IMG/VR virus record: IMGVR_UViG_3300008954_003554
Coordinates: 19,334 to 83,333 of that record
Strand: one strand, 5' to 3'
DNA: 64,000 bases
Origin: a virus
Position 1 is the first letter of the stretch. Each line of letters opens with the position of its first letter. Shown here piece after piece: positions 51,413 through 60,806 of this stretch. Position numbers and translations under genes: made by a program. The notes under the pieces are model-generated. The model saw only the letters and a list, made by a program, of their open reading frames with translations. It had not been told where the DNA came from and made no database searches.

Positions 51413-54280
51413 ATGATTTCTAAGAAAGGTCTTAGGGCTATTATAGAAGATGAGTTAAGATCAAATATAAGGCTTGATGAACAATTTGACCTTGTGCCAG
51501 AGCTTATAGACGACACCGGAGCCCCTGAAGGGAGCCTTGGTAGACCTGATCTTAATCCGGGTCGAGGGGTAGGCCCGACGTGGGGTGGTGATCACCCTAC
51601 GGGAGCTCCTCGCTCAATAGAGTCTGGTCACCCTAATGCTCTTCTGGCAGGTGAAATAGCTATTGGCATGACCCCGGCAGGTGTGGCCATAGATGCTAGA
51701 GATACAGTTAGAGCCATAAGGAATAGAGATCCTGCCGGATTCGGTCTTGCGATTATTGGGTTTATTCCCTGGGGTGGCGACTGGCTAAAGGGTTTGGGAA
51801 AGAGGCTTAGAAGAAAAGGCAGAGATATACCCGATATCTCTGCCACTGATGATCTGACACTTGAAGACTTTGAGATGTGGGATCCAAGGGCTATGGATGA
51901 TGTGGCTGAGGAGCTTGGTGAAGAAGGGATGGACGCCCTAGAGCGGAGAGCTCGCGGATTACGTAGCCACGATGATGCTGTCAAAAGAGCTTCTAGAGAA
52001 GGAGTCCCAACAATAAAAGGTGCACCGTATAGAAAGTGGGCAAGAGCGTGGGATATTCTTGAGGATGTTGAACCCCTGGAGAGGGCAGAAGATCTAGCGG
52101 CTAGATTGAGAGCTGCCTCGGGAGCTGGCGCTGTTAGAAGACAACTGGGAGAAGTAGAAGATATTGTCGATGAGCTTGCCAGGAGACAGAAAGCTCTTGT
52201 AGAAGGGATGGATGCTGTTAAAGGAAATGCAGACCACTGGGTGGAACCGTTTGCCGTAGGTCTTGACATTCAAGAAGATGTTCTTAGAGAGCTATCTGCT
52301 GCCGCACTTCCCCAGGCCAGAAGAGCTGGCATGATGGATGAGTATGCGGTGTCGATGAGAAGGGCTGTTGAAGGATCTGGCCTAAGCGGCCTTAAAAAGA
52401 GACATATTTTCGGAATACTTCTCGGCGGAGCAGTTGCTGTCGGAGGCGCCCGGGCCTGGTCTAGATCTCGATCTGGGCGACAAGAGCTCGGTACAGACAT
52501 AACTGGCGATGAAGATGATGAATATGAAGAGGCTTTGGATACAGGAGAGTATACCCGGGGTGATATCGAGGATGAGGAAGAAGACGATGAAGAGGAAGAT
52601 GGAATTGATGATACTAGTAATCCTGGAATATGGGAAAATAAAGTGAAAATAAATAAAAGAACCCTGGAAAAGATAATAAAAGAAGAGATAAACAGATATA
52701 CCTTGCTGGAACAGGTTTTCGATAGCCCTAGAATGGATCCTGAGGCAGTCCTTGCGACACAGATAGCTACAGGGCAGATTGAAGAGCCTGAGAACTGGCC
52801 GGGCACCGGTGATACGGATCCTTATGAAGCTTCTCAATGGGGCTTGGCTCTTGCATCCTTCTTTCCCGGCGCCGGTGAAGTAGCTGACGTTGCTGCTACA
52901 TCCCTCTACTTGGCCGAAGCACTTGATAAAAAACAGGAAGGCGATGAGGAGGGGTATGAGATAGCTATGGGTAACGCTGTTTTTACTGCTGCATTAATAC
53001 CGATTCCCATTGTAGGAAGCTGGCTAACCAAGCTTGTTCCAAATTCTCTCATCGGCTGGTTCGTTAAAAAGTTCTCCGTAAAGGTTGATACTCTCGGTCC
53101 TGTACCTGACATGACCGATGAGATGACTGAGGTTACCGAAGACTTTGCAAGCAGACTTGATGATCTTGGTGGCGGAACTCCGGCAACCCGACAACAAGCC
53201 CAGAGGGAGTTGATGACTAGAGAAGGTTTGCCCGTTAGGACTGGTCCGGACCCTGATGATTTGGCCGAAGTCACTGCTGATCTGACTCAAGGGAGAGAGT
53301 TAGCAGGTCGAGTAACCCAGGAGGCAGATGACGGTATCAGATTTGCTGATGAGATAACAAGTGAAGTGACGTCAGGATCTGGCCTTGGCCCCAGGGTTGC
53401 TGGAGATGTGACACAAGCAGGATCCCGAACGGGGGATGACATTCTCAGAGCAGCCTCAGAGGTTCCTGTTCCAAGGATAAGAGGAAGAGCTTTGATAAAT
53501 AGAACGCTTAACCTGGGGGTAGAGGCGCTACAAAAACTAGACATAACCCTCCAATATGGCCAGACGGTTCTGTCTACCCTGAGGCGAGGGGCTAAAGTAG
53601 ACGGAGACATGATCAAGCAGATAGGGGCAATTGGAACAGAAATGAAAGCCCTAAGCAATGCGGTAGCAACTTCTACTAAACAGGCTGCCAGAAGAGATGG
53701 GACAGAGTTAGCAGCAGATCTGATTCACTGGAAGGGAGCTTATCAACAGGGATATGCTGCTCTAAAGGACATGTCTAAGACTATAAATCGAGAAATTTTT
53801 TCAACGGCTAGCGGTCGAGTTGTCGATGTTAGGACTCTTAGGACAGTAAGTAGTGCATGGCAAGAGGGTCGTGGACCCATAAGAGCAATTTATGAAAAAA
53901 TTGGCGGGGGAAGAACTCTGCTCGGGATGTTTGCTACTGGCACTACCGTAGTTGTAACACGAGAATACTTCAGAGCACACAGCGGAAGTCAGTCAGCGGA
54001 TCCATACCCAACTTCTGACTCCGATACCGGAATAGATTCGGAGACCGGAGCAGTAAACGATGAGGAGTCTATCTCTGTAGATCCCCCAGATGTAGAGGCA
54101 CAGGTAGGCTTTCAAGGAAGAGCAGCACCTGAACTGGTTGAAAATGCTCCACCTGAAGCTCTGGAGGTAGTAGATAATGATGGTACCCAGGTTGATGTTC
54201 AACCGCTAATACAAGCTGCTTCCCAAGAGGCAGGTAGTGATGAAATGCCTTCTGCTTTGAGTTGCCCGGAGTGCTGGTAG
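51413..54280 (+). CDS. large two-module tag-family protein with pre-toxin-TG-like hydrophobic hairpins
   Basis: AAGGAG RBS; tag at start and again at 52643; PAGVAIDARD...IIGFIPWGGD and FPGAGEVAD...LIPIPIVG. Confidence 0.78.
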   Translation: MISKKGLRAIIEDELRSNIRLDEQFDLVPELIDDTGAPEGSLGRPDLNPGRGVGPTWGGDHPTGAPRSIESGHPNALLAGEIAIGMTPAGVAIDARDTVRAIRNRDPAGFGLAIIGFIPWGGDWLKGLGKRLRRKGRDIPDISATDDLTLEDFEMWDPRAMDDVAEELGEEGMDALERRARGLRSHDDAVKRASREGVPTIKGAPYRKWARAWDILEDVEPLERAEDLAARLRAASGAGAVRRQLGEVEDIVDELARRQKALVEGMDAVKGNADHWVEPFAVGLDIQEDVLRELSAAALPQARRAGMMDEYAVSMRRAVEGSGLSGLKKRHIFGILLGGAVAVGGARAWSRSRSGRQELGTDITGDEDDEYEEALDTGEYTRGDIEDEEEDDEEEDGIDDTSNPGIWENKVKINKRTLEKIIKEEINRYTLLEQVFDSPRMDPEAVLATQIATGQIEEPENWPGTGDTDPYEASQWGLALASFFPGAGEVADVAATSLYLAEALDKKQEGDEEGYEIAMGNAVFTAALIPIPIVGSWLTKLVPNSLIGWFVKKFSVKVDTLGPVPDMTDEMTEVTEDFASRLDDLGGGTPATRQQAQRELMTREGLPVRTGPDPDDLAEVTADLTQGRELAGRVTQEADDGIRFADEITSEVTSGSGLGPRVAGDVTQAGSRTGDDILRAASEVPVPRIRGRALINRTLNLGVEALQKLDITLQYGQTVLSTLRRGAKVDGDMIKQIGAIGTEMKALSNAVATSTKQAARRDGTELAADLIHWKGAYQQGYAALKDMSKTINREIFSTASGRVVDVRTLRTVSSAWQEGRGPIRAIYEKIGGGRTLLGMFATGTTVVVTREYFRAHSGSQSADPYPTSDSDTGIDSETGAVNDEESISVDPPDVEAQVGFQGRAAPELVENAPPEALEVVDNDGTQVDVQPLIQAASQEAGSDEMPSALSCPECW

Positions 54281-54301
54281 TACTATAGAGATTTAAATAT
54301 T

Positions 54302-54505
54302 TTGAAAATTTGTCACTCATTTCCCAAAGTATCTGATATAGTTTATGTAAAACCAGGGGGTAAAAAAGAAATAATGGGAATTGTGATAAGCGAGCAAAAA
54401 AAGATACCCGGCATAGGATATACATTTTCAGTTCTGACACCGAGAGGTGTGAAAGAAGTCCTCAGGGAGAACATATACAAGAAGAAAAATGTTACTAAGT
54501 TATGA
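54302..54505 (+). CDS. KOW/SH3-like small protein
   Basis: KVSDIVYV...MGIVI...FSVL. Confidence 0.55.
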   Translation: MKICHSFPKVSDIVYVKPGGKKEIMGIVISEQKKIPGIGYTFSVLTPRGVKEVLRENIYKKKNVTKL

Positions 54506-54743
54506 GAAACTAACTAGTACGTATGCATTTTTTTTACTTTTGATGGATGACCATGAGAAATCAAGTAGCTTTCTCTTTAAAATGGTGGATGAGTGTAGCA
54601 GTGATTTTAAAAAAGGAGAAGAAGAGTTTAATAGTATAAGGGAGTTTGTTCTTGATATTGTCGAAATAATATCTTTAATTGATCCAGAATACTCAGAAAG
54701 TATGGCTGCAACATATTACGGTCTAGTCACCGAGAAAAAATAA
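54489..54743 (+). CDS. hypothetical protein
   Basis: 84-aa ORF. Confidence 0.55.
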   Translation: MLLSYEKLTSTYAFFLLLMDDHEKSSSFLFKMVDECSSDFKKGEEEFNSIREFVLDIVEIISLIDPEYSESMAATYYGLVTEKK

Positions 54744-54778
54744 TTTATCCAATAGATATACATGTGACACTAAAAGAA

Positions 54779-55003
54779 TTAGACATTAATCATACCAGAT
54801 ATTTTTCTCAATATTTTTTTTTCAATTTGACAAATTCTCATTCTAGTTACACCAAACATATCTCCGATTTCTTGCAAAGTTCTCGGTCCAGAGGCGGCAG
54901 CGAGTATGGTGCAATTCTTCTCTTTTCCGCAATCTATCCAATACTTACACTCTTTATTATGACATTGTGTGTCATTCTTTCTATTCATTTCAAAGCATTT
55001 CAT
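54779..55003 (-). CDS. stand-alone sigma-70 region 4 HTH protein with an N-terminal Cys cluster
   Basis: TLQEIGDMFGVTRMRICQIEKKILRKI; five Cys in the N-terminal part. Confidence 0.8.
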   Translation of the reverse strand: MKCFEMNRKNDTQCHNKECKYWIDCGKEKNCTILAAASGPRTLQEIGDMFGVTRMRICQIEKKILRKISGMINV

Positions 55004-55085
55004 TTTATATTTCTCTCTATGGGATTTTGCCATATAATAAAAATGTATCTTAATGAAAGGGGATGTACACAAAAGGAGGCAGACT

Positions 55086-56381
55086 ATGGGCAATAGAAAA
55101 AACTTTATCATAGATACTTCAGTATTATTATATGACAAAAATTCTATTCATTCTTTTAAAAATCACGACGTTGTTATTCCAATGGTAGTTCTTGATGAGC
55201 TAGATAGGTTTAAAGACAAGCAAGGTATTTTAGGTGAAAATGCTAGATATGTCAATAGATTTCTAGACGGATTAAGAGATCTTGGAAAATTACATGAAGG
55301 TGTTGCATTAAAAAATGGTCAAACAATAAAAGTCGAAAAGAATCACATGAATACAGTTCCAAACTCTCTGGATTTAAATTCAGGTGATAATCAAATAATC
55401 GGAACATGTCTATTTTTATCCGAGAGTGATAAGGATAAAAAAACTGTTGTAGTAACAAAAGATATAAACTTTAGAGTGAAATGTGACTCTCTAGACATAC
55501 TTTCTGAAGATTATTATAGGGATCGGATAGTTAATGACAGTGATGAAATTTACACAGGCCAATCGACGATAGACCTCAAGTGTAGTGATACATTTAATTC
55601 ATTTTTTGAAAATGGAGATCCCATATCACTTGTTGATATCGGTGTTGAACTTTTTCCTAACCAATATGTTGTTGGTAAGTTTGGATCTCAATCATTGCTA
55701 GGCGTTGTTAAGGATAGCAAGATACACCCACTTACGAAAAATCTGGACACTCTAATAAAAGTAAGTGCTAGAAACAAGGAACAAAAGTTTGCACTAGATT
55801 TACTCACTAGAGATGATATAGATATTGTAACACTCTCTGGGATAGCTGGGTCTGGAAAGACTTTTTTGGCTCTAATGGCTGCACTTTCTGGAATTAATTC
55901 AAAAAAATACGATAGAGTAATTTTTACCAGAAGTATTCAGCCTGTTGGAAAAGAGATAGGTTTCCTTCCCGGAGATATCAAAGACAAGATGGATCCTTGG
56001 ATATCACCGCTGGTTGATAACTTTAGACATGCTTTTCAAGATATCAGCTATTTTGAAGTAATGAGGGACAAAGGCAAGATAGAGATTGCTCCTATGGCTT
56101 TTATTAGAGGTAGAACATTTAATAGATCTATTATAATAGTAGATGAGGCTCAAAACGCATCTATTCATGAGTTAAAGACGATAATAACGAGAGTCGGAGA
56201 AGATTCAAAAATAATACTTTTAGGAGATGTAGAGCAAATAGATACACCCTACATAGACACTCTTTCAAACGGCTTGACAATTGTTGTTGAAAAATTTAAG
56301 AAAGAGAAAATTGCTGGTCACATTACTCTTCAAAAGGGAGAAAGATCAAAGTTGGCAACTTTGGCATCAAAGATAATTTAG
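55086..56381 (+). CDS. phoH: PIN-domain plus PhoH-like ATPase
   Basis: IDTSVLL, VLDELD, TKDINFRVK (PIN); GIAGSGKT, IGFLPG, RGRTF, DEAQN, GDVEQID. Confidence 0.93.
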   Translation: MGNRKNFIIDTSVLLYDKNSIHSFKNHDVVIPMVVLDELDRFKDKQGILGENARYVNRFLDGLRDLGKLHEGVALKNGQTIKVEKNHMNTVPNSLDLNSGDNQIIGTCLFLSESDKDKKTVVVTKDINFRVKCDSLDILSEDYYRDRIVNDSDEIYTGQSTIDLKCSDTFNSFFENGDPISLVDIGVELFPNQYVVGKFGSQSLLGVVKDSKIHPLTKNLDTLIKVSARNKEQKFALDLLTRDDIDIVTLSGIAGSGKTFLALMAALSGINSKKYDRVIFTRSIQPVGKEIGFLPGDIKDKMDPWISPLVDNFRHAFQDISYFEVMRDKGKIEIAPMAFIRGRTFNRSIIIVDEAQNASIHELKTIITRVGEDSKIILLGDVEQIDTPYIDTLSNGLTIVVEKFKKEKIAGHITLQKGERSKLATLASKII

Positions 56382-56406
56382 TGCCTATTTAATCTTAGAG
56401 GTTAAT

Positions 56407-56745
56407 ATGGCAGGCACAACTTTTAAAAAAAGAAATAGAAATTTATTTAAAAGGGTATATCCCTACGTTAGAAGAGCACCGGTTTATGAATATTCTTCTG
56501 ACCAAGAGACAGTAATAGAGGTAGCAAAAGTAACTTTTACAAACTCTAGCTCTGAAAGCTTTGTATTTACTTCTACTTTTTCATCGGCGCCAGTAGTTAC
56601 AGTTGTATCTGTTGATTCTGAGTCAAATGATACAGCAAATGTCAATGTTTTTCTTACTAGCGTATCAACTACATCAGCCGCGATAGAGACTAGCCAGACA
56701 TTTACCGGAACAGTTCATCTTCACGCTATCTTGATAGGTTCATAA
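56407..56745 (+). CDS. small beta-rich virion/tail-associated protein (H-type lectin-like)
   Basis: VTF...FSSAPVVTV...VST...HLHAI pattern. Confidence 0.6.
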   Translation: MAGTTFKKRNRNLFKRVYPYVRRAPVYEYSSDQETVIEVAKVTFTNSSSESFVFTSTFSSAPVVTVVSVDSESNDTANVNVFLTSVSTTSAAIETSQTFTGTVHLHAILIGS

Positions 56746-56979
56746 ATGGCTGGATCTGATAGTCTTACGGTTGAAATAGGTGAGGTAACTTTTACTAACT
56801 CATCCTCAGAAAATGTCACATTCTCGTCAACTCACAAATCTGTTCCCTCAGTAGTAGCTTCATATGAAGGATCGACGCCTGTCAATGTTTTTATTGCTAC
56901 TGTAACAAAAACAGGTGCAACAATAGAAACTAGTTCCATAATTAATGGAGTAGTACACTTTCAAGCGATATCATCATAG
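56746..56979 (+). CDS. paralog of the upstream beta-rich protein
   Basis: VTFTNSSSE shared; VNVF, IETS, VHFQAI. Confidence 0.65.
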   Translation: MAGSDSLTVEIGEVTFTNSSSENVTFSSTHKSVPSVVASYEGSTPVNVFIATVTKTGATIETSSIINGVVHFQAISS

Positions 56980-56995
56980 TAGGGTTTAGTTTAAC

Positions 56996-59900
56996 ATGTC
57001 AAACGATTTTTCATCTAAACAAATAAGAGTTTCACAATTAATAGCATCTGGCGGAATAGCAGTACCGGGCCGGTCATGGAGTCCTGGGCTTGTAGTATAC
57101 TCGGCTTCGAATGCATCTGATCTTTCGGGTGGAATACCAGCTAGCCTTCTTGCTGATTTATCATCCGATGTTTTCGTTTTCGTATCAGGGTCTAAGGATG
57201 GTGTAGTCAGGGGTGAGGGTGTTACACTATTTGGCGGTGATGTAGTTGTCTCTGGTACACTGTATGCTGAAAAGCAGGTTGTTGAAGTAGATGAGAATGT
57301 TACTGGGTCTTTAACTGTTCAAGGTAGCATGTTTGTATCTTCTAGTGCAACAGTCGCAGGAGGTTTAACTGTTAATCAAGATGCTGGTGGGACTACCGGG
57401 GACGGCATTGTTGTAAAAGGCAGTGTCTCAGGAAGAGAGCTCTTTAGAGCAAACCCGGGCACCAATACTGTTCTTATTCTTTCTGGAGGCTCAGAAAAAT
57501 CTTTTAATCAATCTGAAGCATCGGGAATATCCTTCTTTGTCTCAGGCGGGATGGGTCCCGATTTTGATGTAGGGGTGTCTTTATTTGGCGGAGATGTTTT
57601 TGTCTCAGGTGGATTACGAGTAGAGGGTGAATTTGTTACGATTTCTGACTCTATCGATCACATGGGTGATCCTGATACATTTTTAAAGTTTGATACTGAT
57701 AAGATAACGCTAGAGGCCGGTGGAAAAAATATGGCCCAGCTTATTGAAGATGGTGCAAATAACAGGGTGCTAATCTTATCAGGAGGTTCTGACAAGGCTT
57801 ACGACGAATCATCGGGTAATGATATTGCCTTTTATGTCTCAGGCTCTGTTTCAAAAAGAGGAACTGGAGAAAGGGGTACAGCAGTATTTGGTGGAGACCT
57901 TCATGTTAGTGGAGCAGTTACCAGTGATACCACAAACTTTGGACAGTGGACAGACGCTGGAGCTTTCCTACATCCTGATGAGTACAGTGTTGAAAGCGTT
58001 ATTGTTGGAGGTAACTCCCTGGGGGGTGCTGATATACTGCTAGCTGTGGATGGAGGTGCTGTATTTAATGAGCAGAGTAACAGTGTTGATTTTAGAGTTG
58101 AGTCTAATAATAAAACACATGCTCTAGTTGTAAGTGGATCTACAGATCAGGTTCTTATTCTTTCAGGAGGTTCAGATGCGTCATATAACGAAGCTTCTGG
58201 CGGTGACGTGGCACTCTATGTTTCCGGTGCTGTTGGAAGGAGAGGTTTTCCCGATGTTAGGGGAACCTCAGTATTCGGCGGTGACGTATACGTGTCAGGA
58301 ACTCACTATGCCTCACACATAACAGCATCAGGTGATCTTACTGTTGGAAATGAACTAAAGGCTTCGGGTGATCTTCTTGTTTCCCAATATATCATACACG
58401 ACGGCGACGGAAATACAAAGCTAGACTTTACCGATGACAAGCTTGTTTTCACCATAGGTGGTCGTCGATTCATAGATATGACTGAGGCGTCCACAGATAC
58501 GATTGAATTCAATGCTCTTCAGTCTTCTAATTTTACATTCATTGTTAATAACTCCAGTAACGAAATGCTTACTATAAACGACACTGAGTTCGTTGTGAAT
58601 GAGGAGGGTGCCCCGGATGATTTTCGAGTAGAAAGTAATACCAAGCAAAGAGCCATCTATGTAGACGGTGATAATCAGTTTATTCAACTTCTAGAGGATA
58701 CTACCACTACGCCGGGATCAGATGCAGCGCTCTTTGTCTCCGGAGGAATAGGATCAAAACTAAGGGGTGTCAGAGGGGTATCAGTATTTGGAGGAGATGT
58801 TGTCATATCAGGATCTCTTTACGGGGGAAGTCCTCTCAGGGTGAGCGGAAGCATGGAGGTAACTGGAACACTTTCATCTACTCTGGGAATATCTGGATCA
58901 ATAACGAACCTGGTTGACGGCACTTCCTACCTTGCTGCGGGTGCAAATATTACCATTACCTCAGCTTCAAATGGTCAGATATCAATAGCAGCTGCAGAAA
59001 CAAATCCAGGCGGCTCAGATACACAACTTCAGTATAATAGTAACGGATCTTTTGGAGGAATATCGGGTGCTACCACAGACGGATCATCTGTCACATTTAG
59101 TGATAATGCCATACTCGTTAGTGAAAATATAATACACGCAGGCGATACAGATACAAAAATTACATTTGGGACTGATGCTATTAGATTTGATGTGGGGGGC
59201 AAAGAATTAGTAAACCTTAACGAAGACGAGTCAACAATAGCTTTTAATAGTGATAGTGATGCAATTAATACCGTTATTCACACAGATACTAAACTCGCTA
59301 TTGCTGCTGGTACACCGCTAGGTGCAGGAAAAGATCAAGTATTGATAATGAGCGGAGGATCAGATGCTTCGTTTAATGAAGCGGCAGCTAATGATGTTCT
59401 ACTCTACGTTTCAGGTGCAGTCGGTTCGCGAGGAACAGCAAATAGAGGTACTTCAGTATTTGGTGGTGATGTAGTTGTATCCGGAACTCTTTCATTAAAC
59501 CAGAGTGCTGCAGCAGGAAGTCAAGTTTTCGTAACAACACAAGGAAGGGTTGGTATTGGAACAGATGCTCCAGACTATAAGCTAGATGTTGCAGGTAATA
59601 TCGGCCTCAATGAATACATCTATCACAATGGCGATACTGATACCTACATTCGATTCACAGGCGATGATATTGAACTCGTGGCTGGCGGAGTAAGTGCTGT
59701 AGATGCTGGGACAGATCAAGTTCTAATTCTTTCCGGAGGTTCAGATGCGTCATATAATGAAGCTACGGGCGCAGATGTTTCAGTCTATGTCTCGGGATCT
59801 AGAACACAGATTGGAGGCCCAGGAGCCCTCACTACAGGAAGACACACTGGGCAAAGAACTAACACAATTTTTGGTGGAGATGTTGTATTTTCTGGAAGCA

Positions 59901-60553
59901 TTTATGGTGCAGGAGAAATATCACCAGGAACAACAGCAGTCCACGTCTCGGCCGGTGTCTTGCAATTAGATGCTTCAACACAGATAGCTTTTTGCGATAA
60001 TACCGGGACATCTCCGGGATTTGGAGGAGCCCAGTCTACTGACACGTTCTTTAGTGTAAGCGGGAGCATAGGTTCAATAAATAGCACCTCTATCAAAGGA
60101 GTATCTGTATTTGGTGGTGATGCTGTTGTATCTGGATCCTTTAGATCGGGTGGGCAGCTTCATATAACGACCCATAAATCTTCACCAGGAAATAGTACTG
60201 CCGCCTATCTTAGATTTGATTCAGATGGGTCAGATTCCCCAAACCCGGGTGGAAATAACAAGATGGTTACACCATACAACGGTAGATTGGTCAAGGTCAT
60301 CGCCAGGGGGGTCAATGCACCGGGAAGCACTGTAATAGGATTTCATAGAAACTCAGACGGAAGTGCTGAACTAAATCCCACAACTACTGAGGATATTACG
60401 GTAGATATGGCTGCTGGAAATACTGCCTATACATTTAACTTTACTACTGCTGCTGACTGGGCAGCAGGAGATATAGTTGGATTAAAAGTTAATCCTAACT
60501 CTGATCCAGGGGCGCTTGTAGTTACAGCAGTATGGGAATTTGATAATATCTGA
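56996..60553 (+). CDS. large Gly/Ser-rich repetitive virion structural protein (tail-fibre-like)
   Basis: Repeated VLILSGGSD..YNEA...YVSG...FGGDVVVSG and I.H.GD.DT...F..D units; GRVGIGT. Confidence 0.75.
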   Translation: MSNDFSSKQIRVSQLIASGGIAVPGRSWSPGLVVYSASNASDLSGGIPASLLADLSSDVFVFVSGSKDGVVRGEGVTLFGGDVVVSGTLYAEKQVVEVDENVTGSLTVQGSMFVSSSATVAGGLTVNQDAGGTTGDGIVVKGSVSGRELFRANPGTNTVLILSGGSEKSFNQSEASGISFFVSGGMGPDFDVGVSLFGGDVFVSGGLRVEGEFVTISDSIDHMGDPDTFLKFDTDKITLEAGGKNMAQLIEDGANNRVLILSGGSDKAYDESSGNDIAFYVSGSVSKRGTGERGTAVFGGDLHVSGAVTSDTTNFGQWTDAGAFLHPDEYSVESVIVGGNSLGGADILLAVDGGAVFNEQSNSVDFRVESNNKTHALVVSGSTDQVLILSGGSDASYNEASGGDVALYVSGAVGRRGFPDVRGTSVFGGDVYVSGTHYASHITASGDLTVGNELKASGDLLVSQYIIHDGDGNTKLDFTDDKLVFTIGGRRFIDMTEASTDTIEFNALQSSNFTFIVNNSSNEMLTINDTEFVVNEEGAPDDFRVESNTKQRAIYVDGDNQFIQLLEDTTTTPGSDAALFVSGGIGSKLRGVRGVSVFGGDVVISGSLYGGSPLRVSGSMEVTGTLSSTLGISGSITNLVDGTSYLAAGANITITSASNGQISIAAAETNPGGSDTQLQYNSNGSFGGISGATTDGSSVTFSDNAILVSENIIHAGDTDTKITFGTDAIRFDVGGKELVNLNEDESTIAFNSDSDAINTVIHTDTKLAIAAGTPLGAGKDQVLIMSGGSDASFNEAAANDVLLYVSGAVGSRGTANRGTSVFGGDVVVSGTLSLNQSAAAGSQVFVTTQGRVGIGTDAPDYKLDVAGNIGLNEYIYHNGDTDTYIRFTGDDIELVAGGVSAVDAGTDQVLILSGGSDASYNEATGADVSVYVSGSRTQIGGPGALTTGRHTGQRTNTIFGGDVVFSGSIYGAGEISPGTTAVHVSAGVLQLDASTQIAFCDNTGTSPGFGGAQSTDTFFSVSGSIGSINSTSIKGVSVFGGDAVVSGSFRSGGQLHITTHKSSPGNSTAAYLRFDSDGSDSPNPGGNNKMVTPYNGRLVKVIARGVNAPGSTVIGFHRNSDGSAELNPTTTEDITVDMAAGNTAYTFNFTTAADWAAGDIVGLKVNPNSDPGALVVTAVWEFDNI

Positions 60554-60806
60554 TAGTGTAAATTAAGTCAAATTATCCTCTCTAGATAGTTAATTATTAG
60601 TGTTATTAGGCATCTTAGTATTTCTATCTCTATTTGTAGTAATTGTATAATAATATCTCTCTAATAGTATCTCTAATAGTATATTAATAATATCTCTATA
60701 AATAGAGATATAATATATTCTATCCCTCAGAGAGCAGATAATTTCAATAAAAATTAAACTTTAATCTTCTTCTCAGTATGATTCAATCAGGCATCAAAAA
60801 ACATAT

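Noticed and set aside
54764-55096. Plus-strand hydrophobic ORF (110 aa)
   Set aside because: It overlaps the minus-strand sigma region-4 gene, which has a clear motif.
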